NCBI RefSeq assembly: GCF_001194135.2
Contig: NC_068993.1
Span: 23,128,971-23,189,449, forward strand
Source: Octopus bimaculoides
Lineage: Eukaryota
Length of the DNA stretch: 60,479 bases
Reading direction: 5' to 3'
In this document: piece by piece, positions 27,560-40,167 of the stretch
Layout: every line of letters starts with the position of its first letter
Numbering within the stretch: the first letter of the stretch is position 1
Position numbers and translations under genes: made by a program
Notes under the pieces: generated by a model
Seen by the model: only the letters and a program-made list of their open reading frames with translations
What the model was told of the DNA's origin: nothing
Databases searched by the model: none

Positions 27560-28570
27560 AGTATCTTAATAAAAGCACTGGTATCTGCAAAATTGAGCAG
27601 TATGAGAGGTATGCTATTGCTATGGTGAAACTGCTATGATATTTTGCATCTTTGTCTGAAGAGGAAACTCAGCTGCGAATATTCCGTCTATCGTGTCGTC
27701 TAAATCCGCGTCCGTTTAGCTTTCGTCTACTTCCCTGTTTACTCTGCTTTCATTTAACCTTTTTCCTTGCCGTATTCTTTTTGTTCAACTCCTGATACAT
27801 CAATGTAGCGCAATGCACATCGTTTGTTTACTGTATTGTAAAAACTATTCCTTGAATATTCTTGTGCCAGCCTTAACCTTATCTCCACTATTACTCTATA
27901 TTTTTATCCACGCTTTCTCTCCCCTTCTCCCTTTCATTTTCCTTCTCTCTCTCTCCCCCGCTCTCTGTCTGTGCTTCCCTATCTTTCCCTCTTACTCTAT
28001 CTTTTTCCACCCCTAATCTTGCTCTCTCTTTCTCCATTCATACCGTCTCTTTCCGTCCTCGCTTTTCTCCCTTGCACCTTTCGCTCTTTCGCTCTTTCTT
28101 ACTCTATACCTTCGTTCCCTCCCCCCTCTCTCTCTCTCTCTCTGTCATTTCCCCTCTCTTTCTCTGCTCCTTCGTTCTTCCTCAGTCATTTCCCCCTCTA
28201 TCATGTTCTCAACACTTCCTCTTCCATACCACGTGACTGGTGATCGTTAAAAGCGGTGTCATTGTTTTTCGCCTTACCTTTGAGCAGACTGGTAACACTG
28301 GCCTCGGCCCTGCTAAGTCCGTCCTGTCCTCTAGGACTTACTCTATTTCCTGTTTGCGCAACCCCACTCAGTTCGTTCAACAGCTGGAAAGCACTGGCTC
28401 CTGCAAAATTAAGCAGTGTCAAAGGTAACTGGAGTGAAACTGCTATGGTATTTTGTGTCTTTGACTGTTGTGGAAAACTCAACCGAAAATATTCCGTGTA
28501 ACGTGTTGTCTAATTTCCCGTCCGTTTAATTTTCACCTACTGTCTCGTTTACTCTGCTTTAGTCTAACTT
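27560..28570 (+). repeat. Two diverged copies of an unclassified ~190-bp repeat (27570-27760 and 28385-28570) around a pyrimidine-rich tract
   Basis: aaagcactgg..ctgcaaaatt(g/a)agcagt..gtgaaactgctatg..aatattccgt..gtgt(c/t)gtctaa..cgtccgttta..gtttactctgcttt occurs in both. Confidence 0.8.
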
Positions 28571-29259
28571 TTCAAAACACAGACATATATATGCTAATAA
28601 GAATGGACGATAGCAATTATTTCATATTCCGAAGTGCTGAGGAATTGTTGCTTTCGATTCTTGCTAATAAACGTAACAGTTATACCGTAAGAAGAATATT
28701 TAGGTTCCAGTCATATAAAATTACCAATAATGCACATTCTAGCCTTCATTGCATTAAACTGAATGTGTACAAGATGTATTTCATGCCGTCATATTTTGCA
28801 GCTATAAATTTATTCATCAATAACGAGTTTGTATATAGCATACTTTAATCCAAAGATTGATTACACCTAATTTAGGTTTGCTAATTTAATTATTTCAAAT
28901 TATAGTTTCCTCTGTCTTACTTGAAATTAAGGAATATTACTTAATTATATTCTAATAGGTTTCTAATATATTTGAATTATTTTCATTACTATTTTTGAGA
29001 TATTAATTTTATTAATTCTTTACAAATTTTCAAATCGTACAATATATGAACTCTCTTAAAATAGCATGCATGCAAAATACTGTGCAATTATACTCTCCAT
29101 ATTCAAATGAAAAAAATTCATATTGGATGTTAATTTTTAACAGACATAAATATGAATACATGCATTCGAGCATCACAAATTTTGGCTTTTAGTACGTTTC
29201 CGTCGTACCGAAAATGCTCGCAGGAAAATAATGATTATATATCTTTCTTCCTCTCACTC

Positions 29260-29291
29260 TGTCTGTCTGTCTCTCTCACTCTCACTCTCTC

Positions 29292-29358
<67 letters not shown>

Positions 29359-29360
29359 TA
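29260..29360. repeat. (CT)n(CA)n microsatellite
   Basis: Directly visible. Confidence 0.95.
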
Positions 29361-30051
29361 GAGACACACAGTGTAGTAAGTTTATTGAATTAGAAAACAT
29401 GGTATATATGTTATGCGTTCCTGGTTTTCCGTTGTTACACTCCGAAATTATTTGGGAAATCATTATGAAAGCAATGTTTTATGCCAATGTCAATTGTTAT
29501 CAGGTAGCTATGACGAAGATATGATCACATGCCTTACGGTTAGCCTTGATGATGTAGTCTTATAGCCAGAAGTGTTCTAGCACTAAATTGTATAGAAAAT
29601 TTAAGGCGTTTATATAAATCTGAAAGATAATGTTCTTTTGTTACCTATTGGAGTGTGTATATACTATGTACGTGCATACATATGTGCGTGCATTTGTCTG
29701 CATGCATGCGTGTGAATCTTTGGAGGTTTGATTAGAAGGGGCAAAAAAGAGAAAACAAAGGAAAGAAGACGAGAGAATGAAAAAACAGAAAAACAGAAAA
29801 AAGGGCTGGAGACAAACAGAACATAATTAAGAAACAAAGAAAGAAAGATAAAAAAGAGGGGAAGGTTTATTTTTGAGATGGTTTCTCTTGTATTTGTAAT
29901 TGTCAGTTGCTACACAGTTGTTTGATGAAAATGTCAACTATGTTTTAGTTATTGTTGTGAAGGCATTCTCCCATCTCTCTCTTCCTCTTTCTCTCTCTCT
30001 TTCTCAGTTGTAATGTAGATTCCTCCCACTGATGTGATATGTGACTGCCGT

Positions 30052-30312
30052 TGTACTATAGTTGCTGTTTTACTCTAGTATCCAGAATAGTTACTAGTCA
30101 TCGGATACCGTTGTATTTCTTCGTGCCGGAATAGTAATCCGCTAACTTCTGTATACTATCATGGATAACTCCACAAGACACCACGTAGAACTGTCAACTC
30201 TGACGTCTTCGGCTCTCGACCCTCTCTTGACGACCGGCTACTAGTCTATTTATAATGTCCCTCTCGTAACACTTTTTTTACCGGAAGGGGTATACAGTTT
30301 TACTATATAACA
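30052..30312 (-). mobile_element. 3' LTR of the Gypsy element
   Basis: On the minus strand the polypurine tract aaagggaga is followed immediately by TGTTATATAG (30312). An imperfect terminal inverted repeat tgtactatag lies at 30052. Confidence 0.7.
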
Positions 30313-32770
30313 TCTCCCTTTGTAATAATTTTATTCAACAATGAATTTCTGTTATTCACTCCACCTCCTCATTATTTTTATATATATACTCAATATCTTT
30401 TCTTCTTATGGCCTACTTTTAGGAATTCAGTATTCTTACTTTTCCTTGTATGTGTGGTTTTGATTTCTTGTAACTGTGTTGGAACCTGAAAAGTGTCATA
30501 TAGCCAGTGCATCGGTATTTCTACTTTTGTTGGTTCTTTTTCTATGACCCTTTCCTTAAACTGATTTCTATGTTCCCTTTCCATTCTATTTCTGTTTCTT
30601 ACACCATACATCATTCTTCCTATATATGTTACAATTTCTCCGTCTTCCCAGTATTGCTTGCCATTCTTACATATATTTTATCACCAATACTAAAGAATTT
30701 TGATATGTCTTTCCTAGCACGTATTTTTTCTTTACTGGTAACAGTTTAACAAACACTGACTTCACCTTTCTGGCAAACATTAATTCTGCTGGTGAACTTC
30801 CTTCTGGCGCATTTCGGTTCGGAGTTACCCTGTACAGCCTTAAGAATTGTTGCATCACGACCTCATTCGTGGTTTCTTTATTAGCTTTCTTTAAAGTTCT
30901 CTTAAAATTGTCCAGGAACCGTTCGGTCCTTCCATTCGATCTAGGGTCATACGGTGCTATAGCTTTATGTTCTAACGTTAGCATCTCACAGAATCTTTTA
31001 AACTCACAGGATACAAACCGTGATCCGTTATCAGAGACAATTATATCCAGTACACTAAATCTCGCGAAAGATTTATTATCTATGATAAGATTTATTATTA
31101 AGAAGTTTATCATCGTACATGATGTCGGTCGTTTACGCCTCGCGACCTCAGGCCATTTTGAATAGCTGGCCATTTACCGGGCCTGCAAAATCGATATGCA
31201 ATCGTGACCATGTTATTTTCCCTTACAGCCTAGGTTCACATTTTCTAGCACGTAGTTTCGATGTCAGCACACAGCCTCTGCTGCCTTTTACCAGGTTTTC
31301 AACTCAATTGTCCATGCTTGGCCAGTATACGAAACTTCATCAGTGCTTTCATTCTAGAGATGCCTGGCTGTCCTGCATGAAACTCTTTTAGCATTGTCTT
31401 CTGTAATGTCTGTAGCATGACCACCGTCTAGGCATACACCATCACATATAGAGTACAGGCTCACATTTTGGCGGTTCTTTGCATCATGCCTTTCTTTATT
31501 TCCTTTTCTTAACCACATTTTTCTTTATTTGTCATTAATAAATTGGTCATTTCTCGCATGTCTTTTTATTTATCGAAAGTTACTGGACGTTCACGCATGA
31601 TATTCCACATCACTTTATTTTTTGTTTCCGCTTCCGTTTTTAGCGCTGCTATCACCGTGTCTTCCAGCAGTTCGTTATTTCTCGAAATTAACCTAGACAG
31701 ACCATCGGAATGCCCCAACGTTTTTGAAGGCAGATATTTCATTTTATAATCGTAGTTTAATAGAATGGTACCCCACCGCTACAGTCTGTTTGCCGTATGT
31801 GTCGGGATTCCTTTCCTGGATCCATATATCGATATTAGACGTCTATGGCTCGTTTTCCACCAAAAAACACCTGCCGTGAATGAACCTGTGGAAATTTTTC
31901 ACGTCAAATATAATAGTCAACGCCTCTTCTTCAATCTGGATATAGTTCTTTTCCACTGGAAATAGTGTCCTTGGTGTGTGAGCTATGGCCTTTCCCCTGC
32001 CATCGTATCATCGTAGGTGCACAACTCCTATCCGATGCACGCTAGCATCTGTAGCTAGTGTTGTCTCTAACTATCAGTCTAAATACAATTCTGAAGTTAA
32101 CACATCTTTTAAGTCGTTAAATGCTTTCTAGCATTCCTCTGTCCCATTCAGTGATGCATTTACCTTATGTATATTTGGGATATACACTTAGTAATAGGGG
32201 CAGCACATTTTGTATTGAGGTCACCCTTGATAGGTGCGAACCGCGTCCACTTTTGTCCATTACCTGACCAAGATATATTATTTTTTTCCATAAAAGAGTT
32301 GCATTTTCCTTCTTTCAGTTTTAGCCCATATTCACTTATTCTCTTGAATACTTTGTCTGTATTTGTCGTGTTGCACCTGAGATTTGCTCCTTATCAAAAT
32401 TTCATCGAGGTATGGATAGCGAAGTCATAATCACTTTACATCGCATCCATTATTTGTTAGAAAATGGTGGGTACTAATTTTACTCCAAACGGCAGTCGTT
32501 TGAACTTGTGTAATCCACGGTACGTGTTGATTCTTAGTAGATTTGCGTAGTCTTCTTCTAACTGAATTTGAAGGTACGCCTCTGAGAGATCTAACTCCGA
32601 GACAACTTTCCCTCACTTTAGTTTATCAAATACTTCTTCTGGTCTTGGTAGTAGGTAATTGTGTGTGAGTAAACAGTCGTTTAATCCGGTTGAGAAGTCT
32701 GCGCACACTCTTAGTTCGTATTATTTTATTTTACGCAAACTGTCAGTGCTGCCCAGCCTGCATGGTTAAT
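30313..32770 (-). mobile_element. Gypsy/Ty3 LTR retrotransposon pol pseudogene (RT-RNase H-integrase), 5' truncated
   Basis: RT (CADFSTGLNDC..LP.PEE, SKLDLSEAYLQI, HRG.FKFKRLPFG), RNase H (LATDAS, NYIQIEKEALTIIFDVKNFH) and integrase (SKWPEV..IIVSDNGSRFVSCEFKRFC..PYDPRSNGRTERF..YRVTP..SPAELMF) occur in Gypsy order, with many stops and frameshifts. Confidence 0.9.
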
Positions 32771-32849
32771 CTTTTAAATTATATTCAGTCTTTCCAGCCT
32801 CTCTAGTTCTTTATTGACCAGTTCATCGACCTCCGTTTGCGTTATTGTA

Positions 32850-33466
32850 CGAAACGCTTTGACACAAAGTAAGAAAATTAACATACTTATGGCAGACGTA
32901 GTTAGGATAATGAACAACGTATCCCAACTATGGGAACCCTATGAAACGAAAAAACATATACAGAACTTCATGCACCGCATGCATTTCTCTGGATATGATC
33001 AGAAAGATAGGGTTAGAGTATACAGGGGTGCTAGAAAGAAATTAGATAACATATATAATGATACCAGTGATACCTTTCCTAAATATAGAAACAAAGACCG
33101 GAATAGGATACAAAGAACTTGTGACAAAGCAAACAGAGTGAAAACGTGGTATAAAACCGACACATATCAAGGAGTGATGTTTGTAGAGGCCACAGCCCAT
33201 GGAGAACTAGCACGTAGATTTAGGAAAGCTCTGAAGGAGACCAAACTCAACATTAAGATTGTTGAAATTCCAGGAACTCTTTCAGATCACAACTATGTAG
33301 GACGTGCCCCTTTGAGAATACCATATGCACCAATGACAATCGTATGGTATGTAGTATTAGCCCTGGCATTAACTGTAAAACTAGATATGTAGTCTACAGC
33401 ATAAGATGCATAGACGGTGCTTGTAAAGACATGAACATGACATACATAGGGGAGACATCTAAGAGC
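32850..33466 (+). mobile_element. Penelope-like element (Neptune-type) fragment: RT thumb, Cys linker and start of the GIY-YIG endonuclease
   Basis: ORF KKINILMADVVRIMNNVS..FMHRMHFSGY..KTWYKTDTYQGVMFVEATAHGELARR..IKIVEIPG. After a frameshift near 33275: RSQLCRTCPFENTICTNDNRMVCSISPGINCKTRYVVYSIRCIDGACKDMNMTYIGETSKS (VVY..YIGET at about 33385-33457). Confidence 0.85.
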
Positions 33467-33524
33467 AAAGTTTCCGATTTAGATTCCAGGCAGTGACCTG
33501 AATAATAACAATAATAATAACAAC

Positions 33525-33572
<48 letters not shown>

Positions 33573-33730
33573 CGGAAAATACCTTAGGAATGAGAACCCA
33601 GGTTCAAAACTTCCCCAAGACACTTGATAAAGGCTGGCGGGTATATCAGTCGAAACGTTGTGTTAACAACAAACAACATGAGGGAAAATATCCGTCAAAA
33701 GTAATTAATCTTAATAATGTAAATAATGTG
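33460..33730 (+). mobile_element. 5'-truncated hammerhead-bearing SINE copy fused to the PLE fragment
   Basis: gattccaggcagtgacctgaat-(TAA)n-cggaaaataccttaggaatgagaacccaggttcaaaacttccccaagacacTTGATAAaggctggcgggtatatcagtcGAAACGTTgtgtt aligns with 44930-45200. Confidence 0.9.
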
Positions 33731-33759
33731 TGTGTCTATCATCATTGGGTAAGTTATTA

Positions 33760-34510
33760 AAGATGCACACATCTACATATATATTTACACATGTGACAGT
33801 ATGTTATTAAATACACACATATATCTACACGTACATATCCATATCTAACGACTGACGGCGACAACGACGTCACATGTGAATGTGTGTGTGTAAGTGTGAG
33901 TTTATATATGTCTCTCAGTATGTTTGTGTCTTTCCTCGTGAGATACGTTATTGAAGGGCTGGTCAGTGTCAATACGAAATTTTATTTTCCTTCCGGTTAT
34001 TTTCATTTCGATTAAAACATAGATAATCTCAGTTGTCAGCAGGGCACTTTATACCACAACGAAACGACATCACATTTTGTCTATGACTGTGTATCTATCT
34101 GTGTGTGTATGTATGTAAATGTATGAGTGGGTATATGTTTCATAGTGTGTGCATTTCCTCGTTACGTACGCTTTTGAAGATACACACATCTCATATACAT
34201 ATACACATGTAATGATACCTTATTAACTACACACACACCTACACATACATATACATATGTAACGACTGACATGTGTGAATGCATGTCTCTGCGTGGCTAT
34301 CTTAGTATATATATGCGAGTGTATGCCAAGAACATTTTAGACGACAGCGTCACATTTTGTATATGAGTGTATATCTGTCTGTGAGTGTATTAGTGTGTAT
34401 GTGTCTGAGGGTGTGTTTCCGCGTTACGTACGTTATTAAACATACACATCAACACATACATATACACATGTGACAACTGACAATCCTGAATGTACATATG
34501 TGAGTGCTAG
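33760..34510 (+). repeat. Diverged tandem repeat, about three units of roughly 225-260 bp
   Basis: ttcc(t/g)cgt(g/t)a(g/c)(a/g)tacg(t/c)t(a/t)tt recurs near 33932, 34156 and 34417, with recurring acgactgac and gtcacattttgt blocks. Confidence 0.65.
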
Positions 34511-37500
34511 AGGTGAAACTCTTGAAAATAAAACAATGAGATGACTAGGTCCAAGATATTTATTAAAATACACATTTACTCTTCCGTTACCAGTTAAAAT
34601 TTATCGCAGCAATTGCAAGTTTGCAAGGTATTTAGAGTTTCCCTTACATTAAGAAAGTTATCGTATATATATATATATATATATATTGTTTGTCTCTCTG
34701 TAATAATTATCGTTCATTTGCTTAAATTTCGTTAATTTACGCTGTATACAAAGTACTACGTAGTAAGCCATTCTGCTTTATTTTTTCAAGTAATTGATTC
34801 CTACATATTCTCATGTGACTGCATAGGCTATCTTGATGTTTCTTATTCTACAGCGACACCTGAAATCCAATGTGAACCCTTCACCTTCTGCTTCATTTCA
34901 GCAGTTCACTTCCCCGTTGCCACCTCTCATAGCAGTATATTTCTGGAATGTTGCCATTTACATACAATATCTCCATTACACCTGCATTCATTTGCCTCTT
35001 AACCATACGATGTGTCGTGTTAGGCGCAGCGCTTACCGCCTTCAAGGCGAGTACATCCATTGAGAGCTTTTCGGAGCGTTAAAGAATTACATGCTCCACC
35101 ACTCCTAATTTTTTATGATAGGTTAGGACCTGGAAGGTTCCCAACGGACGTATTACATGTCACTTAGTCGAATTAGACGATCATTTACTCCACGAATAGT
35201 TTGTGGAGTAAGAAGTTCTATAATGCCCATCATTCCAATTATGTTTATTGTTCTTGGTGTTTTTATTACTATTTCAATTATTAATAATTATTTGTATGTT
35301 ATATAATATGAGACATGGGTCGCGGTAATGTAAGAAATATCTATTACTGTCTAAATATAGCAATCAAATTAAATGGGAAATTTGTTTATAACAAGTTAAA
35401 TATATTAACAAAAGGCATTACAGATGACGTGACGGGTAGTAGAGTATATCCTGAAGGATAAGATTATATGATATATATTCTTTCATGCAGGAGATGTTAA
35501 ATGATTTCAGATCACTCTGTTATACCTAACCTCAAAAATTGATATAAATTCACAATTCAAATATGCATAATTGTGGTTGAACCTAGCAATATTACCGGAT
35601 AGAAACACGTCTAGTAATCCTGGAACGAACATCGTAAATATTTACAATATAAGAAGCTTAAAATTAACATAAGCTTAATCAGAAAAAGGGAAGATATGAA
35701 AACAAAAATTGATCCTCGGATTGGAATTCTGGTCCGGATATTTGAAATCGAAGAAGTGTAAACGGAAATAAAGGTGCTCATTTAACAACATTAAAATAAT
35801 ATAATCATGCCTGGAAATATATGCAGATATCTAAATATATTTTGTATTTCTCTTTTTGTCTGTTGTACGATATGGTTGCTTTCGAATGAGAGAAAAATTC
35901 AAATTACAAACAACAAAAGTGACTATAATTTATCGATTTAGACTGTGATGAGTGGCGAAATTTCCTTGGAACAACAAATGAAAATAAAGATAAGAAAGAC
36001 TTAAAACAGCAAAACAATCACGAGAAACGAATTAGATAGCATGATCTAAGAGGAGAAATGTGATAGCAATTGGGGAAAAAGATAAAACAATATTTGGAAA
36101 TTAACATTAAGACTGAAAAAGAACAAGAGAATTGTTAGACTACTTAACAGTTAAAACAGAGAGATAGTATTGAATTGATTTTTTCCCGAGCAATGTTTGA
36201 TATTGCCTGTTTCATCTTCTAACTAATTTTGATTATTATCCAAGTATTGTGTGTTGCTAAATAAGTTGTTGCATCTCACAAATTATATACTGCTCCAGGT
36301 TTATGACACCGTTCATCAATCATTAAAGCAAATTCGGAATATTTATGACATCTGTAGTTCAGAAACCTAGATTTATGACATGAAGATCTTATAAATCAAC
36401 TGCTCCGTATATTCTATATGGCTACTACATTAAACATATTTTCAGTCTTTGATGGTATCTGTCAATGATTCTATATATCAAGCAATTGGACAATAACGAA
36501 ACACTAACTTTATATTGAATCTGACCCTGTGTATTTGTCCTTCTGCAATAAATAGATATGTGTGCTGCTCTCCACATACAGACCTGACGATAAATTCTGT
36601 ATATCATAACAGTCTTCTAGAAAAGCCAATCAAATTTACTTTAAATCATAAAACACTATTTTCATGATCAGAGTCGCATAATGAACAAGTTCATCTAGGA
36701 TGCACCATTTCAGAAGTACTAAGGGTAGGAGCATAATTTAAAGTTTTTGTTTATCAGATGCATATATTATCCATACATACTTAGAGGTAAACTACTACAT
36801 CATTGATAAAAGAAACTATACTTACACACTAAATATAATTATAAATGTAATAAGCATGACAATGCTGCAATGATGCGAAATGTTTAGCACGTTCTGGACT
36901 TCTGGATACTGTTCCTGCTTATATTTCAAGCGATTCATAAGCTCCCACGAGGCCACAACGTATAAAACATATGAATATTGAAATTCCTCATTTACTTTTT
37001 TGCCTGTATGTAAGTTTGTCAACCATTTAATTTTCCGTTTACTTTTAAATATTTTAAAGAAGACACGAATATTCCCCTGAAGGTATTAATGAGAATGAAA
37101 TGTAATATAGTTTCCGATTTTAAGTAATGCTTTAGTTACACAATTTTACTTAGTTTAATAGCGTATGAAATCAATAAAGAGCAAAGCTATTTCTATATGC
37201 AACAGTTGATCAAAGAATACTCGGACATTGGATCTAAATGATTTCTACAAAATCGCTGATATTTTGTTGAAGATAACGCTCTGTTACAGAATAGGTCATA
37301 CTGCTATATACAAGAAAAACCTACTATAGCAATATTAAATATTTTTATTCTAATGCTCCTTTCACCAAGTTGGCATGTCGCTGTTATTTGAAAATTTTGA
37401 ATAGAATTGATTGTTACCATATCATATATATTTATACATAGCAATAATTTTGATATTTGATTAAATAGTCCTTCTACATTTACAGAAATGTTTTTGAATT

Positions 37501-39040
37501 ATGATATAAATGCTAACATTAGGACATATAAATAATAATTATATTAAATAAGTCTAGTAACCAGCCCCTCTCATTGAAAATAATACGATGAAATTATTGA
37601 CTTTTAATAAAAATAGAATTAATGTTTTGATGTATAAGTCGGTTATTAAGTAACAGTATAAAGAACAAATGTAGGCACTTCATAAATGCATAAACGTAAC
37701 TGGCATGTATACTGACATTTCTGAGTAAATGTTCTTACATAAAGTGAATTGGGAAAAGATTGGTTTCAACATGCAAGCGACGGCAATAAATATTAAGGAA
37801 ACTTGGGTTGCAACGTGGTCGTTTTGTCAGTTATTAGTAGAGGTAAGATTTCTTGAATGAAATACAATCTTCTTGAAAGACTTAACTAGAATGTGTTGAC
37901 TAAGATACAATGTCCCGAATATATAAGATGAAAGATTATAATTGATATATCACAAGTATTCTAGGATATTTCCCTCAATAAGCAAAAAGAAAAAAAATAC
38001 AAAAATTCGACTTGGAAATAAAATCTTGAGTGGTGTCCGTATAGAGGGAAAACGTCCTATGCTTTTTGTATTTGTTTAGGATATGTAAAACTGGATTTCA
38101 ATCATTTTGCTGCCTTTTCTATCTTTCATAGAGTTTGCACCTACAAATTTCAAATATGTTTGATGATCTGTCTCAAAATTCTTTTAATGTACGTTTCAGG
38201 CGCTCAGTATTATTATACAAAGTAACTTTCGCGGTTCAGATTAGGCTTATAGAGGGAAGTATATTTTGTTTAAAAAATAACTAGAACATCTATTTTGAAA
38301 TATTAATGAATTTTAGGGACGTGGGATTTCGTTATGTAACCATAATAACCATAATCTACTATAACACGATATTGGTTAACAAAATCACGTATTAGAAATT
38401 ACCTAGGACGTCAAAATCCTAATTTATATTTTCTTTAGTGTCTTTAATTTCTTTCTGTTAAAAAAAAAACAACTTGAAACCGTTTGATGATTTACTATCG
38501 AAAATAATAGCCAAGTAACTATGTGACTTTCTCTTGCAGCGTTTGCACACTCTGTGATTAAACATATGCAGTATAGACGATGTCATTAAAAAATAATGTT
38601 TCAAATTAGCAGCAAGGCTCTGTATTTTAAAAGTATAAAAATACGACATAAAAAACCTTGTTTAATTTTCTGAAGATACTCAAAGCATAAACAGAATGAA
38701 ATAGTTCCAGTCAAGGATTGAAATTGTGCAGCGATTTCTTTTCTAAACCTGTTTAGATTTTACCGCGAATGTTGTCAAATACACAGATACGTTCCAATTT
38801 TTATAAATAGGAATTAATAAGTTCATTCAATTTAAAAAATTATGTAAGTAGAAAAGTCAGTTACCTAAAAATATCATATCAATGAAATTATAAGAAAGAA
38901 ATTTATATCTCACTTAAGTGTTGACATAGCCGAAGTAATCAGTTTAGAAATGAAATAGAAGCTTCTAAATCGATGTCCCGGTTGCAAATGCATATCTAAC
39001 TGTAGACCTGTAAATTTCTTTTTACTTCATGGTTTATATT

Positions 39041-39251
39041 GGTTTGAAATTTTGGCACAAGACCAGTAATCACGGGATGGGCGGTGCATAAGTGGATTAC
39101 ATCGAAACCGGTGCTCAACGGGTAATTTTATCGTCTCCTAATGCCGAAGTGAAAATCGACCTCGGTCGAATTTGAGCCCAAAATGTAATGACGGACTAAG
39201 TACCGCTAAACTCATTTCCCAACAAGCTAACAATTCTGCCTGCTCACCGCC
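39041..39251 (-). mobile_element. tRNA-derived SINE (ggcggtgagc.ggcagaa family)
   Basis: Reverse complement ggcggtgagcaggcagaattgttagc..ggctcaaattcgaccgaggtcgattttc..ctggtcttgtgccaaaatt, homologous to 42575-42781. Confidence 0.75.
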
Positions 39252-39839
39252 AACAGCACGGCTAATATTACACAGTCAGAGTGAAAGTAAATAGCTTGCA
39301 TATTAAGAGGAGTTCTAATAGTTATTAAAGGTCTTTCAAAATTAACAAACTTTCGAATATTTATACCGGAGAACAGTAGAAAAAACACCAAGGAAGTACT
39401 ATGACAAAATTATTGTAAGCCTACCTACCTCTGACCCAAGTAAATGCAACAAAGTCTATGATTCACACTATTAGCATCCATGCCCGTCGCATCGTATTAA
39501 AATATCTATTGTTACTAAATGTACGTGTAACGTTCTTAACACGCTGAAGTAAAACTCCTATTATGTAATTATGGTCATGAACATAAAACAACCTAAGAAC
39601 AAATGCCAAATATTAAATGTTAAGTTGAAATAAGATCTTACAAATTCAAGTCTGCATCTAAGGAAATAATATCTCGTTTCAATTATGTTATAATGAGTAA
39701 AACTACAAAACGTTTAAGTTAAAGTCGCAAGTGTATTGTTTTGAGGTTACTCATAATCATTTCATTGAAAATTTAGTATTCTTTCATAAACCAGCGAATC
39801 ACAGAGCGATTACTAATCTCTGAACTGAAAGGACAGTTT

Positions 39840-40167
<328 letters not shown>

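Noticed and set aside
34833-35110. GC-richer block with short ORFs on both strands
   Set aside because: No identifiable domain and no convincing splice signals.
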